DNA from: Nitrososphaeraceae archaeon
Lineage (GTDB): Archaea; Thermoproteota; Nitrososphaeria; Nitrososphaerales; Nitrososphaeraceae
Direction of reading: 5' to 3'
Assembly: GCA_016782225.1 (NCBI GenBank)
Contig: JADDOW010000046.1
Span: forward strand, 3,710-67,709
Length of the DNA stretch: 64,000 nucleotides
Positions 54,609-64,000 of the stretch are shown here, in pieces. The notes below the pieces were generated by a model. The model worked only from the letters and a program-made list of their open reading frames with translations, was not told where the DNA came from and searched no databases. Each line of letters opens with the position of its first letter. Positions within the stretch are counted from its first letter, which is position 1. The position numbers and the translations under genes were made by a program.

Positions 54609-54681
54609 TTTTATTGAACGACTCTAAAATATATTTTTATTGAACGACTCTAAAATATATTTTTATTGAACGACTCTAAAA
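54609..54681 (+). repeat. 26-bp tandem repeat (about 2.8 copies) overlapping the dhs start
   Basis: ttttattgaacgactctaaaatatat. Confidence 0.9.
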
Positions 54682-55649
54682 AAACGACGACAAATGTTGA
54701 TAACGATTCAAATAATATTCTGTCCAAGATTGTGCAGGACTATGATATTGATGTCTCTTCTGATTTTAAACAAATTCTTCAAAATATGAATGAATCAGGT
54801 GGATTCGAAGGACGACATTTGGCAAATGGTATTGTTATACTTCAAAATATGTTGAAGGAAAAAAACTGCACGAAATTTTTATCTTTTGTAGGGGCATTAA
54901 TCTCCACTGGAAATAGGGGCATTGTTCGTGATCTAATAAAAAACAAAATGTTTAATTGTGTTATAACAACATGTGGTGCTTTGGACCATGACATTGCTAG
55001 ATCTTTTTCATATTATTATGAAGGGGATTTCGGCTTAGATGATAAAGTTCTTTTAAATAAGGATATCCATAGGTTAGGAAATATTTTAGTACCGAATAAA
55101 AACTATGGGCCATTAATTGAAAATAAACTTCAGCCTATATTACAGGGCCTTTATGATAAATCCAAATCATCTAAAGAATTTTCACCATCAGAAATCATTA
55201 ATTATATTGGCAGTAAATTAAATGATACATCGTTTCTGTATTGGGCTTTTAAGAATGACATTCCTGTATTTGTTCCTGGAATTGTTGATGGTGCGGTTGG
55301 AAATCAAATATGGTTATTCAATCAAGGTCATAGAGACTTTAAAATTGATATTTTAAAAGACCAAACTTTATTGTCTGAATTGATATTTGATTCCAATATG
55401 ACAGGTGCATTTATGCTAGGTGGTGGGATCTCCAAGCACCATACACTTTGGTGGAATCAGTATAGAGGAGGGCTTGATTATGCTGTTTATGTTACTACTT
55501 CTCCAGAGTGGGATGGAAGTTTAAGTGGTGCACTTGTTAAAGAAGCTATTTCTTGGGGAAAGGTTACTACCGAAGCAAAACAAATTACTATTCACGCAGA
55601 TGTTAGCACAATATTGCCTTTTATCTATTACGGATTAATTTCAAAATAA
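54666..55649 (+). CDS. dhs: Deoxyhypusine synthase
   Basis: STG.R, TTCGAL.HD, HRLGN, GGGISKHH, DGSLSGA...EAISWGK. Confidence 0.9.
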   Translation: MNDSKKTTTNVDNDSNNILSKIVQDYDIDVSSDFKQILQNMNESGGFEGRHLANGIVILQNMLKEKNCTKFLSFVGALISTGNRGIVRDLIKNKMFNCVITTCGALDHDIARSFSYYYEGDFGLDDKVLLNKDIHRLGNILVPNKNYGPLIENKLQPILQGLYDKSKSSKEFSPSEIINYIGSKLNDTSFLYWAFKNDIPVFVPGIVDGAVGNQIWLFNQGHRDFKIDILKDQTLLSELIFDSNMTGAFMLGGGISKHHTLWWNQYRGGLDYAVYVTTSPEWDGSLSGALVKEAISWGKVTTEAKQITIHADVSTILPFIYYGLISK

Positions 55650-55702
55650 AATGGGTGTGTCTTTTATATGGGGTGAGCCAATGCGCTTAGCTTTATAAAT
55701 AG

Positions 55703-58561
55703 CTAATTAATAGTTATTTTGTTTATACGAGCTAAATTTGAATCAACGGGTTGATCCATTGCATTAGTTGATACATTGGCTATTTTATCAACTACATCCA
55801 TTCCTTCTGTCACTTTTCCAAAAACCGTGTATTGGTTATCTAAAAATTTCGAATCTTTCAATACAATAAAAAATTGTGAACCCGCACTGTTAGGGTCCAT
55901 AGTTCGGGCCATGGAAACTATTCCTCTTTCATGAGGGATATTGTTAAACTCTTGATTTATTGTGTATCCTGGTCCGCCCGTTCCCCATGCTTCTTTGTTA
56001 CTGTCATTTTTTGTATTCGGATCGCCTGCTTGGATGACAAAACCTTTAACTAGCCTATGGAAAGCTACTCCATCATAAAATCCCTTTTTAGCCAAATCCT
56101 GAAAATTTTTGACATGCTTGGGTGCTACATCTGGTAAAAATTGTATTTTGATTTGACCTTGTGATGTTTCAATATTTGCTGTATTGGTTGTATTATTTGT
56201 GGTCATGTTGTTATTATCTAATGTTGTGTTGTTGTTGTTGATAATATTAGATTTGTTATTTACCGCTATTTCGGATATTTTCCCAACAGAGGCTGCTGTT
56301 GCCGATGATGCTGTTGCCGATGCTGGTTCTATGCCACTACTGTTGTTGGACCCTATAAAGTTTGAGCTATTATTGATTTGATTATTGTTATCCGATGTAA
56401 AATCATTGTTTACTTTGTACAATAATACTCCAAAAAATAGCCCGGGATTATTGTTCTCAAAACTCTTTGAAGCATATTCTAATGTTAGGGGTTGTGAAGA
56501 ATTTCCTTTAGGGTATTTTATATCTTTAACATAGAATGGAATTGAGTTTGGTTGGTATTCAGGAGCTACCATTCCGTTAGTTGGATTGAAATATCCTATG
56601 GACCTGAATGGCATCATATGGCCCAAAAGAGAGTCCCAGTACTTTTGTTTTGGTGTTTCTCCGTTGGATTCTAGAAAATCGTTATTATCAAATCCGCCTA
56701 TTTTTATAAACCAGTGTTTTTTACTCTCGTCTCCTCCAGTTCCCAGAACAAAAATGGGACTGTTACTGTTGGGATCAAATGCTGGTAGTTTTTGCCCTAC
56801 TACATACACTAAAATATAATCAGCTTTTAAATTGTTGGCTATTTTCAATCCTTCCTCTTCTGGGCTCATAAACATTTTTGCAATTGATTCAATTCTTGTT
56901 TGGTTGATTGTTGCATTATCCGCTATTGATGTTCTGTTGCCCAGAGTGGTAATCCAATACCCATAATCCCACCATGATGCTATAACCGAATCCTTTGTTG
57001 TGTTTTTTGATATCCAGTCCAAACTATCTATCCAGTCGTTTGTTGTTAACCTGTAATTTGTACCCCCATTGGCAATAGATGTAGGCACATCTGCAGAACT
57101 TATCCAGTTTGTATTGCGGTCATACACCATTGGAATTGTAAGCATGATAATTAATATGGAGGAAAATCCTACATACGCAAAAAAGTGTTTTCTTGTTTTT
57201 ATTTTGTTTGTTATTGCGTGTTTGATATTGCTTTGGACTGATCCCGTGTTTTGTATTTCACTGTCTCTTCTAATTGATGTTATGCTTCTTACTATCTCAT
57301 AAATCCCTATGCTTGATAGAATTACCATGCCTATGGATGCAAATACTAATAACCTCGCAAAGGTTGCACTAATGTAGATTCCAGTCAAACCTATTATCAA
57401 TGCAAAAATCATTGTGGTGTTGCTTTTGTTTTTAAATGCAATCCATATTCCTAGGCCTGAAAAAAGTATTAAAACCGAAAACTGCCTGAAATAGTCTACT
57501 ATTGTAGGCATAGAATGCTCTGCAACAGATTCTACTAGCGCACTTTGCGCAGATAAAAATGGGTTTACAGCGTTAAGATATCTAAATGAGGGCGATTGGT
57601 AGAGACCACTTGAGATTATCGCAATCCCTATGACAACAATGATGCCAAAGACTATGGCCGTATTCCTAATTGCTCTTTTTTCAGAACTTTTTCTCTTTAC
57701 TATTGTTGACAGGAATAAGAATGCGGTACTTCCCATCAATAGCATCCCTTGCAGTCCAAAGACAAAAGATGTGCCCGGCCTTGGGAATGCTAATGCAACC
57801 AATAAAACTGATGCTGTAAATAGAACAGATACCAATAGGGGGTTTTTCAGATCTTTTGAAACAAATGCAAGTATGACTATAAAAATTGATATTGGGATAA
57901 CAAAATACTGAGCTCCACCCCATGATGCTCCTGCCAACCCTAGTAATACACCGCTAAATATTGCTTTGGGAATTAAAAATTTGTATTTCCTCTCTTTTAA
58001 TGCGGAAATAAATAAGTATGTTCCACCTAATCCATAAAAAATCCCTAATGGCTCTGACTTAAACCATCCTAGATTTCCTCTTTGAATTATGGCAGGACTT
58101 ACTGCAAAAAAAACTGATGCTATTAGCCCTGGGACATTTTTACCTGTTATGCATCGTACTAACAAGAACATCAATACTGTGGACCCAGACCCAACTATCA
58201 CCGGAAACCAAATGGTAAAATCCATCAATGATGAATTCATGCCAAAAATTTGGTAAAGGACTGCTGCAGTTATATGCAAACCCGACTGCGATGTTCCCGG
58301 TATGTCTCTACCCTCAGGATACCATGACATAAAATCATGCCATTTAAAATAAGCGTCTATTCCGTTATCAACAATATAGTTTGTCGCTCTGTAATCAAAA
58401 AATGGATCAAACTCGTTTAAATAAAATCCATATTTAATTGGATAAGCTCTTAAAACAAATGCAACTGAAAACGATAAACATATTATCGCAATTATCAATA
58501 AATACCTTGTTTTTACTCTGTGATTGTTTTTTTGAGGCTTTAAATACTCTTTTTCTGCCAT
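55703..58561 (-). CDS. aglB: Oligosaccharyltransferase AglB (STT3) fused to a C-terminal cyclophilin-type PPIase
   Basis: EFDPFF, SVAEH, WWDYG, DN.T, DESK; Asn-rich linker; FYDG..FHR...FVIQ.GDP, MAR...SAGSQFFI, YTVFG.V. Confidence 0.92.
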   Translation of the reverse strand: MAEKEYLKPQKNNHRVKTRYLLIIAIICLSFSVAFVLRAYPIKYGFYLNEFDPFFDYRATNYIVDNGIDAYFKWHDFMSWYPEGRDIPGTSQSGLHITAAVLYQIFGMNSSLMDFTIWFPVIVGSGSTVLMFLLVRCITGKNVPGLIASVFFAVSPAIIQRGNLGWFKSEPLGIFYGLGGTYLFISALKERKYKFLIPKAIFSGVLLGLAGASWGGAQYFVIPISIFIVILAFVSKDLKNPLLVSVLFTASVLLVALAFPRPGTSFVFGLQGMLLMGSTAFLFLSTIVKRKSSEKRAIRNTAIVFGIIVVIGIAIISSGLYQSPSFRYLNAVNPFLSAQSALVESVAEHSMPTIVDYFRQFSVLILFSGLGIWIAFKNKSNTTMIFALIIGLTGIYISATFARLLVFASIGMVILSSIGIYEIVRSITSIRRDSEIQNTGSVQSNIKHAITNKIKTRKHFFAYVGFSSILIIMLTIPMVYDRNTNWISSADVPTSIANGGTNYRLTTNDWIDSLDWISKNTTKDSVIASWWDYGYWITTLGNRTSIADNATINQTRIESIAKMFMSPEEEGLKIANNLKADYILVYVVGQKLPAFDPNSNSPIFVLGTGGDESKKHWFIKIGGFDNNDFLESNGETPKQKYWDSLLGHMMPFRSIGYFNPTNGMVAPEYQPNSIPFYVKDIKYPKGNSSQPLTLEYASKSFENNNPGLFFGVLLYKVNNDFTSDNNNQINNSSNFIGSNNSSGIEPASATASSATAASVGKISEIAVNNKSNIINNNNTTLDNNNMTTNNTTNTANIETSQGQIKIQFLPDVAPKHVKNFQDLAKKGFYDGVAFHRLVKGFVIQAGDPNTKNDSNKEAWGTGGPGYTINQEFNNIPHERGIVSMARTMDPNSAGSQFFIVLKDSKFLDNQYTVFGKVTEGMDVVDKIANVSTNAMDQPVDSNLARINKITIN

Positions 58562-58647
58562 TGTCTATTTACACTTTTCCTATTTTTTTCTAAAACTTTC
58601 TTATTTAATATTTCTTTACTATTCCTTTATGATTTTCCATCTCCATT

Positions 58648-59307
58648 TTACTCCACCTTTAGTATTTCGGTTTTGCAAACATTTACCTTGTTACAAAATG
58701 TTTCTGCATCACCGATAGAACCAACAATTGAATTATAATGCATTGGTATTGCAATCCTTTTTGGCTTGATTAATTCGTTTACCGCCTTAGCTGCTTCTTC
58801 GGCATTCATAACGTATGTTCCTGATACCGGGACAAATGCTATATCTGGATCAATGCCTTCCATTTCAGGAATTATATCTGTATCACCGGTGTGGTATATT
58901 TTTAGATTATTTATGTTTATTATAAAACCAATTTTATTGTCTCCCTTGGGATGAAAGCTTTTGTTTGTGTTATATGCACTTACGGCCTCTATTTTTATAT
59001 CTCCAATTACTGATTTTTCTTTAGGATTGAGGGTTACAATCTCGTTTTTGTTGTATTTCTTGTTTAAAGGCTGAACACATTCATAAGAGCAAATTATTTT
59101 TGTATTGCTATTTATTAAATTGTCTATGTCCTCAATACTTAAATGATCAAAATGATTATGTGTGATAAAAATTAAGTCTGCATCTTTTTTATTGTTGTGT
59201 TTTTGAGATAATTTGTATGGGTCGATATAAATTACCTTGTTACTAGTTCTTAGCCTGTAGCCGTCATGTCCAATCCACTGTATATCTATTCCGTCAATCT
59301 CTAACAT
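58648..59307 (-). CDS. MBL-fold metallo-hydrolase
   Basis: WIGH, IYIDPY, THNHFDH, YHTGDT, IPMHY; ATG of MLEIDG preferred as start. Confidence 0.88.
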   Translation of the reverse strand: MLEIDGIDIQWIGHDGYRLRTSNKVIYIDPYKLSQKHNNKKDADLIFITHNHFDHLSIEDIDNLINSNTKIICSYECVQPLNKKYNKNEIVTLNPKEKSVIGDIKIEAVSAYNTNKSFHPKGDNKIGFIININNLKIYHTGDTDIIPEMEGIDPDIAFVPVSGTYVMNAEEAAKAVNELIKPKRIAIPMHYNSIVGSIGDAETFCNKVNVCKTEILKVE

Positions 59308-59332
59308 ATAGAAAAAAGATATCGGGGATAAT

Positions 59333-59761
59333 TTAAATTTGATTAGGTCTGATATTTGAATGCACAAAAATTACTTTATTGTTTTTTAAAGTAATGACAT
59401 CTGCGCCTCTCCCTAATGCCCGTTTCATTAGAATTTTATCTATTGTTGCTAATGGGCATTTATTTTGTAATGATAACGCTAACAAATGCGAATCTACCGT
59501 ATAAAGCGGACTGCTGTCTTCCTTATCTTCTATATATTTAAAATTTTTACTCTCGATTTCTTTATTTATGACTTCTAAAGCTAAATTTGCTATCTTTGAT
59601 CTTTTTATTTTCCCAGAATACTTTATTTGTGTTAGTTCCTTGATTACTCTTGGATGTATCAAAAATATGGTTTTCCCGAATTTTGAGTCTAGGTATTCTA
59701 TATTCTTAACTGGTTCGTAACATAAAACCATTAAAAAACTTGTGTCACAAATAATCTCCAT
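59333..59761 (-). CDS. PIN-domain protein
   Basis: ICDTSFL, V..EL, VD, AT.D; in the aIF2-gamma operon. Confidence 0.8.
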   Translation of the reverse strand: MEIICDTSFLMVLCYEPVKNIEYLDSKFGKTIFLIHPRVIKELTQIKYSGKIKRSKIANLALEVINKEIESKNFKYIEDKEDSSPLYTVDSHLLALSLQNKCPLATIDKILMKRALGRGADVITLKNNKVIFVHSNIRPNQI

Positions 59762-59767
59762 TTTAAT

Positions 59768-61054
59768 CTATGTAGTTATACCGGCACCAATTAATCTCCA
59801 TCTGTCAGCTATCCTTCTGCTTATTGCTACTTTGCTTTTTGACATCAGGCAAACAGGTTTTTTTACCTTTATTTCGATTCTCTGATTTTTTGAGCTTGTA
59901 ACAGTCCCTGTTGTTACCGCTGTTCCAATATTTAACCTAAGGTTTTCTTTATTTTTTATTGGATCCACCTTTACCATATCCTGCGTTCCTACGGCTGTAT
60001 CAAATAAATTGATGTCAATTGTTATTTCATCAACTGTATCCGGCAGTGAATTCGGTTTTCCAATAACTGAACCTATTAGAGAATCACTTTTTATAAATGA
60101 CGGGTCTAATCTTGAACCAATTGCGACTAAACCCCCTGGTTTTACTTTGTCTACTATACCGGCACCAGTAGCTAATGATGCAATTTCAGTAAAAATGGGC
60201 TCATACTTATTCTTTTTATCATTGTAAATTCCGGGTAGAATTTCTATTTCACTGCCTGTCTCAAATTCCCCCTGGATTAATGCTCCTCCAAGCGCTCCGC
60301 CTTTGATGTTTTTAATTGGTGTACCTGGTTTATTGATATCAAAGGATCTTAAAATGTGCATTATTCCGGTATCATTATTGATCCTTTCTGGCGTAGGTAT
60401 GAATTTTTCAATATTTTCGATCAACACATCGATATTTATTTTGTGTTGGGCTGAGATTGGTATTATGGGGGCATTCTCTGCAACACTTCCACTTACAAAT
60501 TCTTTGATTTGGTTGTAATTCTCTATTGCATTTTCTTTTTCTGTTAGATCTACTTTGTTTTGAACTATTACAATATTTTTTATTCCCAATACTTGTAAAG
60601 CTAAAAGGTGTTCTCTAGTTTGGGGTTGAGGAACTTTTTCATTTGCTGCAATAACCAATATGGAACCATCCATCAAAGCACCCCCCGAAAGCATGTTGGC
60701 CATTAAACTTTCGTGCCCGGGAGAATCTACAAAGCTAACTACTCTTGATAACTGTGCATCGGAATTGCATAATTTACAAGTAGGTTGGACTGAGTAGTTA
60801 GAGGGTGGTTCGCAATTTGGACATTTGTAAAATGCCGCGTCTGCATACCCCACTTTAATGGTAATTCCCCTCCTCAGTTCCTCGCTATGACCGCTTGTCC
60901 ATATTCCTGTAATAGCTTCTATTAGAGTAGTTTTACCGTGATCAACATGTCCTGATGTGCCTATGTTTATACATGGCTGAAACCCATATTTTTGAATATA
61001 CCACTCAGGTAAAGTATCCTTCCAGTGCAATGTTGTTTGTATTTTTTCTTTCAA
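59768..61054 (-). CDS. eif2g: Translation initiation factor 2 gamma subunit
   Basis: GHVDHGKTT, RGITIK.GY, DSPGHE, NKVD, WRLIG. Confidence 0.97.
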   Translation of the reverse strand: MKEKIQTTLHWKDTLPEWYIQKYGFQPCINIGTSGHVDHGKTTLIEAITGIWTSGHSEELRRGITIKVGYADAAFYKCPNCEPPSNYSVQPTCKLCNSDAQLSRVVSFVDSPGHESLMANMLSGGALMDGSILVIAANEKVPQPQTREHLLALQVLGIKNIVIVQNKVDLTEKENAIENYNQIKEFVSGSVAENAPIIPISAQHKINIDVLIENIEKFIPTPERINNDTGIMHILRSFDINKPGTPIKNIKGGALGGALIQGEFETGSEIEILPGIYNDKKNKYEPIFTEIASLATGAGIVDKVKPGGLVAIGSRLDPSFIKSDSLIGSVIGKPNSLPDTVDEITIDINLFDTAVGTQDMVKVDPIKNKENLRLNIGTAVTTGTVTSSKNQRIEIKVKKPVCLMSKSKVAISRRIADRWRLIGAGITT

Positions 61055-61155
61055 ATATTAATTTACTTGAAACTGAATTTCCTATCTAGTGAGGTATCGA
61101 TATAGGTATAGATATAAAAATGAGATTAAAGTTTACTATTGATTTTTTACTGGTG

Positions 61156-61557
61156 TTATTTGTCTACCTGAATAGTTTCGGCCTTCTCTTTTTCGGGTAG
61201 TTTTGAATCGATTAGTTGACAATTTAGCTGATAGATTTCCTCTGTAATCAGATTTCCTCTAACTAACTTTCTTTTTCTTTCACCTGGACCCATGTTTCGT
61301 AATCCGACGCCACTAGTCATGAGAATATATTTTTTTGTTCCTCCATGGAGATCTGACCGCATTGGAGTACCTGATTTATCACTGCCGCCTGTTATCTTTA
61401 TTTTTCCTTCATTAAATCCAAAAACTGAAGAGTCTATGCTGTCGCCTATTTTAGAACCCAATAAGGGTTGTGCACTTTTATCTTTAATCTCTTGACTAAT
61501 ACTACTACCGTAAGAATCTGAAATAACTACTTTAAACTCTACCAAACTCCTGTACAA
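61156..61557 (-). CDS. rps6e: 30S ribosomal protein S6e
   Basis: FKVVISD, KITGGSDKSG.PM, GERKRK.VRGN. Confidence 0.95.
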   Translation of the reverse strand: MYRSLVEFKVVISDSYGSSISQEIKDKSAQPLLGSKIGDSIDSSVFGFNEGKIKITGGSDKSGTPMRSDLHGGTKKYILMTSGVGLRNMGPGERKRKLVRGNLITEEIYQLNCQLIDSKLPEKEKAETIQVDK

Positions 61558-61761
61558 TGAATTTTTAGCCTTAATTAATCTTGCTAAAGTATTTGGTTTT
61601 GCTGCTTATGTACAACATGAAGAACAAAAAGTAAATGCTTCATGATCTAATTTGATATGGTGTATATTGAGTATATTGTTAACCTATACTAGCCATGGAA
61701 TTAACATAATATACATACATACATACTTATAGAAGGTTTTTTTGGTGTTAGACTAAAAAAT

Positions 61762-61941
61762 TTAGAATCCTGATTTTTCCCAATTCTCTTGAACATTGTC
61801 TGCCATGTTTAATGCCTTCTCCCTCATTTTCTCTATGTATTCATCATAATCAATTTCTATGTTACACTTTTTACAAATTATTTTACTATTTTCAATATCA
61901 TAGTTTGCTTTATCGTTGCAATTAGTACATCTTGCATCCAT
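61762..61941 (-). CDS. 59-aa Zn-ribbon protein (below the ORF-track cutoff)
   Basis: MDARCTNCNDKA...ICKKCNIEIDYDEYIEKM; two CxxC. Confidence 0.7.
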   Translation of the reverse strand: MDARCTNCNDKANYDIENSKIICKKCNIEIDYDEYIEKMREKALNMADNVQENWEKSGF

Positions 61942-62185
61942 AATAACTAATAACGTACCTTTTATTTTTTCATTTTCCTGATAAGTTTTTAGGTTCTATA
62001 CGATCATTCTGTGTTAATTTTGGATGTTCAGGAATGGGTGGTAAAATACCATAATATAATTATTTGATTATTTGTTTCTATATTCATGTATAGTTAAACC
62101 AAAGTGGCAGTAGAAAGTGACCCTTTACCAAATATTTTATTATTCACCTATCATAAACTTAAACATCGTTATGATTCAACTTTAC

Positions 62186-62573
62186 TTTTGCAACAAAACA
62201 AAGGTAGCAAACTTTCAATTAGATTACGTTGTACATGATGTTATCAAATCATATGACATTTAAATAAGAATCAGCGGTAGATTATATTGAGGAACATTAT
62301 TTAACATTTGGCAGCCCAAGGACTACATACTTTCTCCTATAGAAATGCAACACCTTTGTAGTACCATGAACTCATATATATTTAGTTTTAGTTGGAATGG
62401 CGTTTCGAATCGGCGTAGTTTTTCCGGTATGTTTTTCCCGCAAACCCATTTTGAATATAAAAAAACATATCAGCTGAAAAACCCAAACAACTGATTTAAA
62501 CTACAGATGGTTTCAGCAGAACCATATATGGCACAATCTTGCCACCCAAAAAATAACTTCCGAAGAGTGAACA
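62186..62573. repeat. Dispersed roughly 380-bp element, copy 2 (inverted)
   Basis: Reverse complement aligns with 12375-12749. Confidence 0.85.
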
Positions 62574-62965
62574 TAATCGATTTTTATTATATGAGAATCC
62601 ATATATGAAAAGTAATGATGAATTTTTCATCAAATGCATAATTTTGTTTCTTCAAAACCAATTAGCCTTTTTTGGATATGTGTAATTGGATGATTTCCAA
62701 TTAATCTTATTTAACGTTGTGAATTTAAAAGATGACTTGATACATCATTATACTAAGAGAAAAAAATGAAAATTCAATTATGTTGAACTGTATATGGGAG
62801 AAAACTACTCTACTTATAGTTGCAGTATCGTTTAACTTTGGATTTTGACTTTTTTTTGTAACTGTAATTAAAAACGATGTATATCGCCATTATGCCTAAA
62901 ATAATGCCATAGGGGATAAGGATTTAATTTCGATTTCTATGCAAAAAGAAAAAGAAATTTAGGAA

Positions 62966-63169
62966 TTGTATGGAAAACCAAAAATATATGTGAACTTATT
63001 TTTTAAATATTTGAAAATAAAAGACTTGATGGATGGTTGCATTGTAGGTACAGGCACTGATTATGTCGTAATACAAAAAGAAAGAAAACGCTATCTGGTA
63101 GAAATAATGCCTAATACTATCAAAGAATTAAAAAATGCGTCAACACCGTATGGCTCACAAATCGATTGA
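62966..63169 (+). CDS. Small hypothetical protein
   Basis: Short ORF upstream of top6B; start uncertain. Confidence 0.35.
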   Translation: MYGKPKIYVNLFFKYLKIKDLMDGCIVGTGTDYVVIQKERKRYLVEIMPNTIKELKNASTPYGSQID

Positions 63170-63243
63170 TTATTTGTAAATTTCCATTTATATGTAACAT
63201 TGATAAAAAACGAATAAATCAAATAAGATGTTTATATATGTAT

Positions 63244-64000
63244 TTGAAATCTCCTAATCCTGCCACATCAGTTTTGAAACAAGACGAGCAAAAACCTCCT
63301 AATAATCCGCAACAATCCGTGAAAATGGATAAACATAAAATTATCTATAACAAAAAGGCAGAATCTGAATTTTTTGTTGATAATTCGGCTTTAGCTGGTT
63401 TCACTGGGGAGCGTATATTATACATGGCAGTGAGGGAGTTGATAGAGAATGCTTTAGATTCCTGTGAACTATTTTCGATTTTACCCTCAATTAAAATCTC
63501 GCTAAAAACATTTGATCAATCCAATGATCTTTGGATATTGGACTGTGAAGATAATGGCACAGGTATATCATCAGATAAATTACCTGTTGCCGTTTGTTCG
63601 TTCTTAACATCTGCAAAATACATGGAAAAACAACAGCGGGGGCTTTTTGGGGTTGGATTGAAAATGGTTGCGGCATTCTCTACCAAGGATACCGATTTTC
63701 CAATTAAGGTGTGGAGTAAATCGATGGAAGAGGCAGGTGAATATTACTTTGAGCTGAGAACTGACATTGGAACTAATAAACCAATAGTTCTATTGAAAAA
63801 ACAAGTAAATAAATCCGAGTCTCATATTGATGGGCCCTCTGGTTTTAGAATACGGGTTGTCCTGAGGGCGAGACTTGTGCCAATCACCAAAAACAAGATT
63901 TATGATTATGTTACTCAAACAAGTATCGTAAATCCATATGCTTTTATAACTTTTGAAACAGATGATGGAATGTTTTCCTTTGATAGGCGAACTTCAATAA
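63244..64000 (+). CDS. top6B: DNA topoisomerase VI subunit B, N-terminal part
   Basis: SEFF...LAGF, RELIENALDSC, EDNGTGI, QQRGLFGVG (GHKL motifs); runs off the window. Confidence 0.93.
   Translation, partial: MKSPNPATSVLKQDEQKPPNNPQQSVKMDKHKIIYNKKAESEFFVDNSALAGFTGERILYMAVRELIENALDSCELFSILPSIKISLKTFDQSNDLWILDCEDNGTGISSDKLPVAVCSFLTSAKYMEKQQRGLFGVGLKMVAAFSTKDTDFPIKVWSKSMEEAGEYYFELRTDIGTNKPIVLLKKQVNKSESHIDGPSGFRIRVVLRARLVPITKNKIYDYVTQTSIVNPYAFITFETDDGMFSFDRRTSI

Noticed and set aside
54609..54681. Possible CRISPR array
   Set aside because: Repeats are directly adjacent with no unique spacers; no cas genes in the window
62395..62425. tRNA gene suggested by a ttcgaatc T-loop-like motif
   Set aside because: No cloverleaf can be folded around it; kept only as part of the dispersed element

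Overview
AT-rich archaeal DNA. The gene content (NirK-type multicopper enzyme, Amt, A1Ao ATP synthase, anaerobic cobalamin genes, AglB, aIF2-gamma, Rps6e, Topo VI-B, cupredoxin fusions) points to an ammonia-oxidising Nitrososphaerota, most likely Nitrosocosmicus-like (inference). Housekeeping blocks lie at 1-11 kb, 25-44 kb and 53-64 kb. An eroding accessory region at about 11-25 kb carries IS6 copies and pseudogenes. Most notable: (i) a candidate organic-nitrogen (guanidino compound) module at 44-52.8 kb, with an SSS transporter, an atypical ureohydrolase, a His-tailed group II chaperonin and a possible RHH regulator, linked by a shared ACGTA-N3-TACGT motif; (ii) a roughly 380-bp ORF-poor element present twice, 50 kb apart and inverted; (iii) TTAGG-N4-CCTAA operators linking an FTR1 iron permease with the DtxR locus; (iv) an AglB-cyclophilin fusion; (v) a glutamate racemase homologue with both catalytic Cys replaced by Ser. 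All calls come from manual reading; no database searches were run.
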